Shown piece after piece: positions 6,472-15,422 of a DNA stretch of 63,829 bases. Numbering within the stretch: the stretch's first letter is position 1; each line of letters begins with the position of its first letter. The stretch lies in the IMG/VR virus record IMGVR_UViG_3300025875_000017, positions 1 through 63,829 of that record. The stretch is one strand, 5' to 3'. This DNA comes from a virus. Lineage: Duplodnaviria; Caudoviricetes. The translations under genes were made by a program, and so were the position numbers. Below the pieces are notes generated by a model. The model searched no databases and had not been told where the DNA came from. It saw nothing but the letters and a program-made list of their open reading frames with translations.

Positions 6472-8178
6472 GTGACGGACCCCATCGCGGAAATCCGTGC
6501 ACTACGCTTCCAGCAACAGACCCTCCGTAAGTTCCGTGACGCCATCATTGCGTCCATTGACCGGTTGCTGACCACCAACACGGACTTGACCGCAGTTACG
6601 GACGTGCAGCAGCAGCTCCTCGACCTGGCTGGCACATTCTTCGGTGCGCTCGGCGACAGCGTCAATGATCGGCAGATGCTGCACGACCTCGTTGACATGC
6701 TGCAAACCGCTGTCGACGCGGTGCGCAACGGGCTCGCCGTTGAAGTGCAGCGTGCAGCCAGCGCCGAGCAGACCAATACGACCGCCATCAGCAATGAGGC
6801 CACGCGAGCCATTGGCGCCGAGCAGGGCATCATCGGTAGCCTGTCCGTCGAGGTAGCGCGCGCAACGAAGGCCGAAACCAGCAACGGTCAAGCCATCGTC
6901 AATGAGATTACCCGCGCGACCGGTGCCGAGCAGGTCAACGTAAAGGCGATTAGCGACGAGTCAAGCCGCGCTAAGGCGGCGGAGCAAACCCTCACTACTG
7001 GGCTGAATGCTGAAACTAGTAGGGCTTTACAGGCCGAACAAACCCTTACTGCTAGTGTTACCGCCGAGGCCACCACTGCCCGTGCCGCCGAGACAGCCAA
7101 CGCGAAGGCCGTCAGCGACGAGACCGCTCGCGCTAAGTCCAGTGAGCAGACGCTCACTACGGGGCTTAGCAGCGAAGTCACTCGGGCCACGCAGGCTGAG
7201 GCGACACTAACCACCAACCTGACCGCTGAGACGGCCCGTGCGACGTCGGCAGAGCAGGCCGCGTCCAAGGCTGCCAGCGACGAAGCGACACGAGCTAAGG
7301 CCGCCGAGCAGGCAAACACGACAGCCATTGGCAATGAGGTCACGCGGGCACAAGGCGCTGAATCGACGCTCACGACGAACCTGTCCAGCGAGGTCACTCG
7401 CGCTAAGGCCGCCGAGTCCGCCGAGGTTACGTCACGTCAACAAGGTGACAGCACCAACGCCACGGCGATCACCCAAGAAACCACAGACCGCAAGGCGGCC
7501 GACACTGCCGAGGCCACTGCGCGGGCCAACGCGGACAGCACCGAAACTACGAACCGCACCAACGCGGACACCGCGCTCGGCACACGCATCGACAACGAGA
7601 CCACCGCCCGCATTGCTGGTGACGCAGCGGCCATCGTCTCAGCCCTCTGGTTCCCCCCATACGCGGCCGGGGCCAGCTACGGGCAAGGCGGCGACGCCGA
7701 GGTTTACGTGCTCACCGTTGGCCGGCTGCACGTTATGCCGATCTTCGTGCCGCCCAACTCGGCTGCCATCAAGTCATTGCAGCTTGAAGTCATCAGCGCA
7801 TCCGGGTCCGGGCGCACCGTTCGAGCTGGACTATGGCGGGATAATGGCAGCGGGCTACCCGGAGCGCTGCTGTACGACGGTGGGGCCATCCCAGCGCCCA
7901 CGTCGTATCCCGCGCTCATGCGATGGACGCCTAGCGCCGCCATCAGCGCCACCGGCTGGCTTTGGATGGGCGTCGCGCAGCAAGGCGGCACAACGGGCAA
8001 CCCAACGCAGACGCGCGGACTCAGCGGTTACATGGCGGGCGTGCGACAGTCACCTACTGGGCAAATGGGCGTCGGGCTCGTGTCCAGCACGGACAACGTG
8101 ACCGGGGCGTTCGCTGCTAACCCCGCCGTGGTCGCGGACGGAACCAACATCACGCCCCGGGTCACGCTGCTGTTCTAG
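6472..8178 (+). CDS. coiled-coil fibre-like protein with ~18-aa E-x-x-R-A-x-x-A-E repeats and a beta-rich C-terminal domain
   Basis: More than 12 repeats such as ETSRALQAEQTLTASVTA; repeat type typical of phage fibres. Confidence 0.7.
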   Translation: MTDPIAEIRALRFQQQTLRKFRDAIIASIDRLLTTNTDLTAVTDVQQQLLDLAGTFFGALGDSVNDRQMLHDLVDMLQTAVDAVRNGLAVEVQRAASAEQTNTTAISNEATRAIGAEQGIIGSLSVEVARATKAETSNGQAIVNEITRATGAEQVNVKAISDESSRAKAAEQTLTTGLNAETSRALQAEQTLTASVTAEATTARAAETANAKAVSDETARAKSSEQTLTTGLSSEVTRATQAEATLTTNLTAETARATSAEQAASKAASDEATRAKAAEQANTTAIGNEVTRAQGAESTLTTNLSSEVTRAKAAESAEVTSRQQGDSTNATAITQETTDRKAADTAEATARANADSTETTNRTNADTALGTRIDNETTARIAGDAAAIVSALWFPPYAAGASYGQGGDAEVYVLTVGRLHVMPIFVPPNSAAIKSLQLEVISASGSGRTVRAGLWRDNGSGLPGALLYDGGAIPAPTSYPALMRWTPSAAISATGWLWMGVAQQGGTTGNPTQTRGLSGYMAGVRQSPTGQMGVGLVSSTDNVTGAFAANPAVVADGTNITPRVTLLF

Positions 8179-8348
8179 TTCTTCAGAAGAAAAATAAGCC
8201 ATATGATGCCGCCGATAACCGGACCCAACAATAGCAGAACAATGAACGCCCATCCTAACGGACTCCACAAACAACCACCGGCTAGCAATGACACGCCGGC
8301 AAGCAAATAGGTCGCAAGGGCGATCTCCGGCCAGTCCTTATCTTTCAC
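8175..8348 (-). CDS. 57-aa two-TM membrane protein (antisense cassette)
   Basis: Read manually: MKDKDWPEIALATYLLAGVSLLAGGCLWSPLGWAFIVLLLLGPVIGGIIWLIFLLKN; overlaps the RHH stop. Confidence 0.6.
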   Translation of the reverse strand: MKDKDWPEIALATYLLAGVSLLAGGCLWSPLGWAFIVLLLLGPVIGGIIWLIFLLKN

Positions 8349-8482
8349 TTCTGCTCCTTGATGTAGTCGATCATGTGGTTGCGGAGAACACTGGACGCTG
8401 TCGTACCACGTTCACGACACGCGGTTGTGAAACGCTGCCAAAGAGGGGTGGGAACGCGGACGTTGCGAAGTGGGTCAGGCAT
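8345..8482 (-). CDS. ribbon-helix-helix DNA-binding protein (45 aa)
   Basis: Read manually: MPDPLRNVRVPTPLWQRFTTACRERGTTASSVLRNHMIDYIKEQK. Confidence 0.8.
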   Translation of the reverse strand: MPDPLRNVRVPTPLWQRFTTACRERGTTASSVLRNHMIDYIKEQK

Positions 8483-8619
8483 CACGCGTTCTTAACTTCC
8501 GCCATAAGCTCGTTGATGCGCTTAAGCACCCAGCCTCCGTCCACAACACGCAATTCAGTGTGCTTCCGGCGAGCGGCGATCTCGGTGGACAGTTGCTTGA
8601 GGGCTTCGGTCTGCGTCAT
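8482..8619 (-). CDS. 45-aa hypothetical protein, leaderless
   Basis: ATG lies 6 nt after the -10; its TGA overlaps the RHH ATG. Confidence 0.6.
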   Translation of the reverse strand: MTQTEALKQLSTEIAARRKHTELRVVDGGWVLKRINELMAEVKNA

Positions 8620-8625
8620 GCCCCC

Positions 8626-8654
8626 ATCATGCACCCTGTACCTACAGCCGTCAA
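8626..8654 (-). promoter_or_regulatory. leaderless promoter TTGACG-17-CATGAT with operator CTGTA-CC-TACAG
   Basis: Hexamers and palindrome (8636-8647) read directly. Confidence 0.7.
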
Positions 8655-8665
8655 GGGGACACGCC

Positions 8666-9097
8666 GTGCCGCTCACCATCCCCGAGTACACCGACGGCGG
8701 CGCGACCCTCACCGCAACCGTCGTCCTCGACCGCACTGCTGGCTACACGCGCACACCCGTCACCGGCAGCGCAGTCACCAGGGCGCTCACCGCCGATGAG
8801 ACCGCCATGCTCAACGCGGCCGAGGCACAGCAGCACGGGCAGCTACTCGAAGCGCTCGCCACCGGCCAATCCGCCGCCATCACACTCCTAGCACCGAAGA
8901 CCACCGTCACCTTCACGTGGGCGCCCGTCGTCTTCCCCAACACCACGTACAGCATCGACACCACACCCGGTGGCATCGCCGGCATGACACTCACGTGGGT
9001 CAAGTATGCGGACCGGGCAACGCTCACCATCGACGGCGCAGGGCTTGTCGCGCTCGGGTCCACGAGCTTCACCGCGCTCGCCTACATGCTCACCTAG
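8666..9097 (+). CDS. Thr-rich putative virion protein
   Basis: AAGGGG RBS; GTG at 8666; beta-rich C-terminus. Confidence 0.55.
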   Translation: MPLTIPEYTDGGATLTATVVLDRTAGYTRTPVTGSAVTRALTADETAMLNAAEAQQHGQLLEALATGQSAAITLLAPKTTVTFTWAPVVFPNTTYSIDTTPGGIAGMTLTWVKYADRATLTIDGAGLVALGSTSFTALAYMLT

Positions 9098-9105
9098 GAG
9101 ACACC

Positions 9106-9378
9106 GTGGCAGCTAATCTTATACCCCAGCGCAACGCCACCGTGCAGTTGCCGCAGCTTGCACCAGGAGACACGTACCAATCACCGATCGCCTGGGACCC
9201 GCCCATGCCGCGCGACGCTTACCAGACCATCGTCAAGGTGCCCAGCGATCATTACGGTGTATGGACCTCGAAGGTTGTTGGCACGCAGACTGCTGCGGGT
9301 TGCACCGTGCAGTTCACCATCAACCAGCCGTGTGCGGCGGTCAACGTTGTTGTGCAAGCATGGGATTTCGGGAACTAG
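9106..9378 (+). CDS. small beta-sandwich putative virion protein
   Basis: AGGAG RBS; GTG at 9106. Confidence 0.55.
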   Translation: MAANLIPQRNATVQLPQLAPGDTYQSPIAWDPPMPRDAYQTIVKVPSDHYGVWTSKVVGTQTAAGCTVQFTINQPCAAVNVVVQAWDFGN

Positions 9379-9731
9379 TCCTCGTCCACTTGCAGCGCGC
9401 CCAGGCCGCTCCAAGCGTCGAAGTGGTTGTTGTCGCGCATCAACCGGATGATCGGCTTAGACGCTATGACATCACGGAATGGGTTACGGAAATCCCAGCC
9501 CTCCGAACCGTCATACTCCCAACGCTCAAGCCAACTGCCGTCAGTGAAGTGGATTTCCAGGTCGGCGGCAACCTCTTGGCTGCCGTATCCGCTGTCGTAC
9601 TCGCGGTCCGCTAGCTCGGTGAACTGCTCCCACGAACAGGAGTAGCCATCCCGCGAACCGACATAAATAACGTCATCGACGGAATGACCGCGCTCGGCGA
9701 TCTCGGTCAACGTTTCCTGTAGCAAGTTCAT
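9375..9731 (-). CDS. conserved phage hypothetical protein (YDSGYG...RxEYDGSEGW type)
   Basis: Motif-rich ORF of a recurrent phage type. Confidence 0.7.
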   Translation of the reverse strand: MNLLQETLTEIAERGHSVDDVIYVGSRDGYSCSWEQFTELADREYDSGYGSQEVAADLEIHFTDGSWLERWEYDGSEGWDFRNPFRDVIASKPIIRLMRDNNHFDAWSGLGALQVDED

Positions 9732-9779
9732 GCACCAGACCGTACAGCCTGGCGCCGGTCCACCACAAGAGGGCTACTG

Positions 9780-9998
9780 CTAGAACGTCAGGCGGCGACG
9801 GATGCGCCACGCCCTCACCGCCGACCACACGGCCACACCAGCCCACCACAACAGGCGCACCGCTAGTACCGTGAGCTGCACCGCCCACACCGCCGCTAGC
9901 CACGTTACTAGCACCGGCCAGTAAATGAGCAGCAGGAACCATGGGACGCGTACCGAGACCGATGTGCGGCGACGTGGGCTGCCGGAGATAAAGACCAT
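9780..9998 (-). CDS. Trp-rich membrane protein
   Basis: Long hydrophobic stretch. Confidence 0.55.
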   Translation of the reverse strand: MVFISGSPRRRTSVSVRVPWFLLLIYWPVLVTWLAAVWAVQLTVLAVRLLWWAGVAVWSAVRAWRIRRRLTF

Positions 9999-10315
9999 GC
10001 AACAACACTAGCCCCGAAGCGAGGTGATGCCCAGTGGTCGCAGGCAAGGAAGCAAGTCCCCAGGACGTGCGCAACACCCAACGCTTGAAGGACTACTGGT
10101 AGTCCATGCACTAAAGGTGCAGGACTCCACAAGTGGGCAACCACTGACGCGCCATTCACGAACCTGCTCAAACACCTGCGCAAGTTCATGCCCGAAGAAG
10201 AAGCTAAGCGCACGGCGGCGCAGTGGTTCCATGACACCCTACGCATTTGGCCTGGGTCAGATGCTAATAGAGTCGCGCATGGCAAGCCACCGCGCGGCAA
10301 GAACGTTGGGCCAGG

Positions 10316-10612
10316 GTGAGTTGGGCTAGCTCCGATCGTCGGGCGTCACTGCCCAAGGACTGGCACAAGCGCAGGGCTAGGGCCAAGCGTGATGCTGGTG
10401 GTCAATGCCAAGCCGTGCTCGATGACGGTCAGCGATGCCCACTACCAGGCACCGACGCTGACCATGCCGCTGACCGTAACGATCACGAGCGGTTGCAGTG
10501 GCTGTGCCGGCCGCACCACAACACCAAGACGGCCCAAGAGAGCGCAGCCGCACGCGGCGCTGTACGGGGCAAGTTGCAGCACCCTAGGGAAGTGCACCCA
10601 GGGCTGAAGTGA
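10316..10612 (+). CDS. terminase-associated HNH endonuclease
   Basis: W.SSDRRASLP.DW...C...C...DADH...LQWLCRPHHNTKT; lies upstream of terS. Confidence 0.85.
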   Translation: MSWASSDRRASLPKDWHKRRARAKRDAGGQCQAVLDDGQRCPLPGTDADHAADRNDHERLQWLCRPHHNTKTAQESAAARGAVRGKLQHPREVHPGLK

Positions 10613-10766
10613 GGCGTTTAGACGGGCGCTCAGAAGGCGGGTAGGGGATCCCCCCGGTGGGGTAGCTTCTTTTGACCGCTGCGTTCTGTCCCTCGGCTTG
10701 GCTACGGGTCTGGGGCATCGGCCAAGCGGCCCGCCCGGCTCTTGTTGATCTAGTTAATGCGCTAGC
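10613..10766. other. putative packaging (cos-like) region
   Basis: Non-coding G/C-run-rich gap between the HNH and terminase genes, the usual position of cohesive ends in HNH-terS phages; exact site not determinable. Confidence 0.4.
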
Positions 10767-11327
10767 ATGGGTGCCGTGAAGCGCGCAAGCACTTGGGCTC
10801 CTCGCAGCAAGGTGTTCATTAAAGATTGCAAAACCTGCGGGGCGACTTACGTGGCTCGTAGCGGGCGCTCAGTTGCTTGTGGGGACCGTTGCCGGCGCGT
10901 GTATTGGACGATGCGTGAACGTGCTCGGGCTCAAGTCGATCCTAGTGTTTCTGCTGCGCGTATGCGTAAGCAGCGCGCGGAGTGGACGCCTAAGCAGCGT
11001 GAGCATGCGCGGGAGAACAGCAAAGCGTGGCGTGAACGCGGGGGTTACTGGGAAAGTAAGCGAGCTAGCGATCAACGTCGCAGAGCTTGGAAGTTGGGCG
11101 CTGAGACTGAAAAGTTTACGACAGCAGAAATTTTTGAGCGCGACGGTTGGTGTTGCGGTATTTGCTCCAAGCCGGTTGATCCGACTTTGGCGTATCCCGA
11201 CCGCCTAAGCGCTAGCTTGGATCACATCGTGCCATTGTCCTTGGGTGGCGCACACACTCGTGCGAACACTAGGCTTGCCCACTTGTGGTGCAATGTTTCT
11301 CGCGGCAATCGCGTTGACTCAAACTAA
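10767..11327 (+). CDS. HNH homing endonuclease
   Basis: IFERDGWCCGIC...SLDHIVPLSLGGAHTRANTRLAHLWCN. Confidence 0.9.
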   Translation: MGAVKRASTWAPRSKVFIKDCKTCGATYVARSGRSVACGDRCRRVYWTMRERARAQVDPSVSAARMRKQRAEWTPKQREHARENSKAWRERGGYWESKRASDQRRRAWKLGAETEKFTTAEIFERDGWCCGICSKPVDPTLAYPDRLSASLDHIVPLSLGGAHTRANTRLAHLWCNVSRGNRVDSN

Positions 11328-11356
11328 TTAATCGTTCTTATTTGCGGGAGGCTAAC

Positions 11357-11830
11357 GTGGCTGGTCGTGGACCTGCTCCTAAGGATCCCGCTCGTCGTGC
11401 TCGCACGAATGCTGATCCGGTAGCTGGTCGGCAGTTGCAGCTTGTCCGTGAACCTGCTCCTGAGCTTCCTGAGCTTGGTTTGGATGCTAAGGGCGAGTGG
11501 CAGGAGTGGCACATTCGCACCATTGAGTGGTGGGACATGTGGTCGCGTTCGGAATTGGCGAAAGATTTTACGGCTACTGACTGGTCGTTCCTTTTGGACA
11601 CGGCGTTGATGCATCACGCCATGTGGTCTAAAGGGCAGTGGACGTTGGCGGCTGAGGTTCGTCTGCGGGTGGCTAAGTTCGGTGCCACGCCGGAGGATCG
11701 TGCTCGGCTGCGTATCACTTTTGCGGATGCTGACGAGAAGGACGATAAGCGAGCTACGCGGCGGGGTGCTTCGTCTCGTGAGCGTCGCGGTGGATTGAAG
11801 GCTGCTCCGGGTGCCGTGGAAGCCGTCTGA
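11357..11830 (+). CDS. terS: terminase small subunit
   Basis: AGRGPAPKD...EVRLRVAKFGATPEDRARLR; directly upstream of terL. Confidence 0.85.
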   Translation: MAGRGPAPKDPARRARTNADPVAGRQLQLVREPAPELPELGLDAKGEWQEWHIRTIEWWDMWSRSELAKDFTATDWSFLLDTALMHHAMWSKGQWTLAAEVRLRVAKFGATPEDRARLRITFADADEKDDKRATRRGASSRERRGGLKAAPGAVEAV

Positions 11831-13550
11831 GCCTGGCGAGGTCCCGACGCTGGGTTATCAGGTCATCGACTGGATGGCGGAGTTTCTAGCGGCTCCCGAC
11901 AGGCCTGACTATGCGCCGTTCGTGTTGTACCGGGAGCAAGAGGACTTTCTGCTCCGGTTCTACGAGATCAACCCGGCCGGTGAGTACGTGTGGAACCGGG
12001 GAAACTTTTGGGGTCGTCGTCGCATTCAGCGTGCGCTTCTCGGCAGACCGCGCGGCTGGGGGAAGTCTCCGCTGCTAGCGTCGATTGCCATTGCGGAGGC
12101 TTTGGGTCCTGTTTTGCCGGGTGGCTGGGATGCTGATGGGCAGCCGGTGGGCGTGCCGTGGTCGGACTACCGAACACCGCTGTGCCATGTGGCTGCCGTG
12201 TCGGAGGATCAGACGGCTAACACATGGGCCCCATTGTTGGAGATGCTTGAGGGTCCGGTGATTGACGAGTACCCGGGTTTGGAGCCGATGGGTACGTTCG
12301 TTAACTTGCCGCGTGGGCGGATTGAGCCTAAAACGGCTTCGGCACGCTCCGTCAAGGGTGCACGGGCAATCTTTTCAGTGCTTGACCAGACCGAAGAGTG
12401 GGTTCCGAGTAACGGCGGCCTTGTGCTCGCCAATACTTTGCGGACGAATGCGGCTAAGGTGGCTGGAACGACGATCGAGTCGCCTAACGCATTCATTCCT
12501 GGCGATGGTTCGGTGGCTGAGGAGTCGGCTGCTTATGCGGCGTCGATTATTGAGGGACGCGCACTCAATAACGGTTTTCTTTACGATCACCGTGAGGCGC
12601 CGGCTGAAACGAACATGTGGGAACGCGAGTCGCTGATCCTTGGATTGCGGACTGCTTACGGTGATTCTTCGGGCCATCAGGATGGCTGCGTTATTCACGA
12701 TCCGCCGTGCGATCCGGGCCATGTTGACCTTGAGTCTCAGATCGGTAAGATTTGGCAGACGGACGCCGATCCGCAAGTATCCCGGTCGGATTTCTTGAAC
12801 CAAATCACGCACGCTTCGAACTCGTGGATTGATCAGCCGACGTGGGCTGACCGGGGACCCCGTAAGGATGAGCCCGACACCTTCAAGACGGTTGCCGATA
12901 ACGACATCATTACGCTTGGCTTCGACGGCTCGCGTGGCCGCCACAAGGGTAAGCCTGATGCTACCGCGTTGATTGGCTGCCGCGTTTCTGACGGACACGT
13001 GTTTGAGGTTGAGGTGTGGGAGGCTGGCCCCAATCAGGACACGTGGCCGGATTGGTCACCGCCAATCGTTGAGATTGAGGCGCAGATCGCTAAGTGCTTT
13101 GATCGGTATCGCGTTGCGGCTTTCTACTGCGACCCGGCAAAGGATTGGCGGTCGTTCGTCAACTCATGGGAAGCCACGTACAGCGGGCGTTTGCTGAAGA
13201 CGAGCGACGGTAAGCAGATTCAAGTGTCGCGGGATCACCCGTTTGAGTGGTGGATGGTCGGCGGGCGCACTGGTCTGATTCAGCGGGCCATCGAGCAGCT
13301 TGAGGGTGCTATTCGTAACGGGGACATGACCCACGACGGCAGCAGCTCGTTGACGCGGCATGTGCTCAATACTCGCCGCCAGTTGCGGAGCGGTAAGTTG
13401 TCACTCCGCAAGGAAAACGATTATTCAATCAAAAAGATCGACGCGGCGGTTGCTGCCGTATTGGCCTGGCAGGCTCGCCTTGATGCGGTCGCTGCTGGCG
13501 TAACGGACGTTCCGGCGTCGACATTTTATAAGCCGAGAAGGCTCTACTGA
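11811..13550 (+). CDS. terL: terminase large subunit
   Basis: Walker A RPRGWGKSP; Walker B VLDQTE; nuclease motifs GFDGS and KIDAAVA. Confidence 0.95.
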   Translation: MPWKPSEPGEVPTLGYQVIDWMAEFLAAPDRPDYAPFVLYREQEDFLLRFYEINPAGEYVWNRGNFWGRRRIQRALLGRPRGWGKSPLLASIAIAEALGPVLPGGWDADGQPVGVPWSDYRTPLCHVAAVSEDQTANTWAPLLEMLEGPVIDEYPGLEPMGTFVNLPRGRIEPKTASARSVKGARAIFSVLDQTEEWVPSNGGLVLANTLRTNAAKVAGTTIESPNAFIPGDGSVAEESAAYAASIIEGRALNNGFLYDHREAPAETNMWERESLILGLRTAYGDSSGHQDGCVIHDPPCDPGHVDLESQIGKIWQTDADPQVSRSDFLNQITHASNSWIDQPTWADRGPRKDEPDTFKTVADNDIITLGFDGSRGRHKGKPDATALIGCRVSDGHVFEVEVWEAGPNQDTWPDWSPPIVEIEAQIAKCFDRYRVAAFYCDPAKDWRSFVNSWEATYSGRLLKTSDGKQIQVSRDHPFEWWMVGGRTGLIQRAIEQLEGAIRNGDMTHDGSSSLTRHVLNTRRQLRSGKLSLRKENDYSIKKIDAAVAAVLAWQARLDAVAAGVTDVPASTFYKPRRLY

Positions 13551-13563
13551 AAGCGGGTTCCGC

Positions 13564-15006
13564 GTGTTGAATGACGTGGATACCGTTGGTTCGCCCGCAT
13601 GGTGGTTGAAGCGTCTGGGTACTCGCCAGGCGGCGCGGCATGAGCGTTTGGACCGTTTGCAACGTTGGATGAGTGGTGATCCGCCTCTTCCCGTGGGCGC
13701 GCCGCAATGGCAGGCGGCGTATCAGGCGTGGCACCGTAATACGCGCACGAACCTTGCTGAGCTGATTGTTGAGTCGGTGCGGGAACGTCTGACGCCGATT
13801 GGTTTTCGCACTGGCGCGGAGAACGACGATAATGGTGACACGGTCGCGGCTCGCGTGTGGGCCGTGAACGAGATGCCTGTTGAGCAGGTCGATCTGCTCA
13901 CGTGGATGCTCGGGTTGTCGGTTGGTTACACGATGATCGCTCCCGCCCCAGCTGGCACGGATGTCCCGTTGATTACGGCGGAGGATCCGCGGCAGGTGAT
14001 CACGGCGCATGATCCTGCTCGCCGTTCGCTGGTGCGTGCTGGGTTGAAGACGTACCACGACCCGGATGAGGGCATCGAGGTTTGCTGGGTTTACCTGCCT
14101 GGTGTGCCCGGTCAGTCGAATGGTCGTGCGCAGGCTTACCGGGGTACGCGGCCCGTTAGCAGTATCCCCATGTTCGGTCTCGGCTTCGATTTTTATGATG
14201 GCCGCAAGTGGGTGTGGGATGACCCGATTAGTTTGCCGACGACGCGTGTGCCGATTGTGCAGTACGCGAACCGTGGCGGGGTAGCCGAGTTTGAGACGCA
14301 CATTGATTTGTTGTCGCGGATCAACCGGACGACGTTGCAGCGGATGCTGATTGCAGAGTTGCAGGCGTTCCGCCAGCGGGCTATTAAAAGCCTTCCGGAG
14401 GTTTACCCGGTTGGGCATCCGCTTGCTGGTCAGCGCATCGACTATGACGGTGTGTTCACCCCGGGTCCAGGGTCGTTGTGGCAGGTTCCGGAGGGTGTTG
14501 ACTTTTGGGAGTCGACCCCAATTGACCTTAACCCGATCCTGAACGCTGAGCGCGCCGACATCCGTACCTTGGCCGCTCTGACTCGCATCCCGATCAGCTA
14601 TTTCAACCCGGATGATGCGAACGGTTCGGCTGAAGGCGCGTCGTTGCAGCGCGAGGGTCTCGTGTATCGCGCGGAGGATCGGCAGACGCTCGCGGGCGCT
14701 GGTTTCGCGCAGACCATGTCGCTGGCGTTTGAGATGATGGGTGACACGGCCCGCGCGGACGTGTCGCAGATTCAGACTTTGTGGGCGCCGGTTGAGCGGT
14801 TGTCGTTGACGGAGCGGTACAACGCTGCGGTGCAGGCTAAGGGCGCTGGCCTGGCGAACGACACGATCCGCCGCGAGGTCTTGGGATTCACCCCGGATCA
14901 GATGACCCGCGCCGATGCCGATGATGCTCGTGACATGGTTCTAGGCGTGAAAAACACCAGCATCGGCGCGGGCGTCAGCAATCAAGGACGCCAAGCTTCT
15001 TCGTAG
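13564..15006 (+). CDS. portal protein (SPP1 gp6-like)
   Basis: Follows terL; 480 aa; N.AELIVESV.ERL, FETHIDL..RIN. Confidence 0.9.
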   Translation: MLNDVDTVGSPAWWLKRLGTRQAARHERLDRLQRWMSGDPPLPVGAPQWQAAYQAWHRNTRTNLAELIVESVRERLTPIGFRTGAENDDNGDTVAARVWAVNEMPVEQVDLLTWMLGLSVGYTMIAPAPAGTDVPLITAEDPRQVITAHDPARRSLVRAGLKTYHDPDEGIEVCWVYLPGVPGQSNGRAQAYRGTRPVSSIPMFGLGFDFYDGRKWVWDDPISLPTTRVPIVQYANRGGVAEFETHIDLLSRINRTTLQRMLIAELQAFRQRAIKSLPEVYPVGHPLAGQRIDYDGVFTPGPGSLWQVPEGVDFWESTPIDLNPILNAERADIRTLAALTRIPISYFNPDDANGSAEGASLQREGLVYRAEDRQTLAGAGFAQTMSLAFEMMGDTARADVSQIQTLWAPVERLSLTERYNAAVQAKGAGLANDTIRREVLGFTPDQMTRADADDARDMVLGVKNTSIGAGVSNQGRQASS

Positions 15007-15386
15007 TCCGGGTCGTCAGTGTAGGACATGGCGAGTTGCCGAAGAACGTTCTGGTTGGCGGAAGCCAACTGATCCCAATTGGTTGCGCTAGCGTTCGTCA
15101 GTAAATCGATGATGTGCTTCTTGGCTTTGCACTCATTGAGGGTGCGCGCCGGGTCGTGGCGGGCGATGTGCTCGGCGATTGGGATAAAGATTTCATGCGC
15201 TACGGACCAATAATGCCCGCTGTGGTCCTCGGCGATGTGCGCTCGATTTGGCTCGGAGTGATACTCGCTATTGTGATGCTCGGTAATCCAAGATCCGGGC
15301 TGCACCGCGTCCGGGTGCAATGCGTTTTCCGCAATCGCTTCGTCTTCGGCGATACGTGCCAGCAAAAACTCCGTCAACGTGGGCAT
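14982..15386 (-). CDS. DUF6221-like actinobacterial/phage protein, antisense within the head operon
   Basis: LTEFLLARIAEDE...HIARHDPAR.L.EC.AK...LA..Y.D.PDY.EAWRP. Confidence 0.7.
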   Translation of the reverse strand: MPTLTEFLLARIAEDEAIAENALHPDAVQPGSWITEHHNSEYHSEPNRAHIAEDHSGHYWSVAHEIFIPIAEHIARHDPARTLNECKAKKHIIDLLTNASATNWDQLASANQNVLRQLAMSYTDDPDYEEAWRP

Positions 15387-15422
15387 GGCTCACTCTCCCA
15401 CATATCGAGCGGTGGTGTCTAG

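Noticed and set aside
8288-8665. N-terminal extension of ORF 8288..9097
   Set aside because: The region is occupied by the antisense RHH cassette; an RBS supports a start at 8666.
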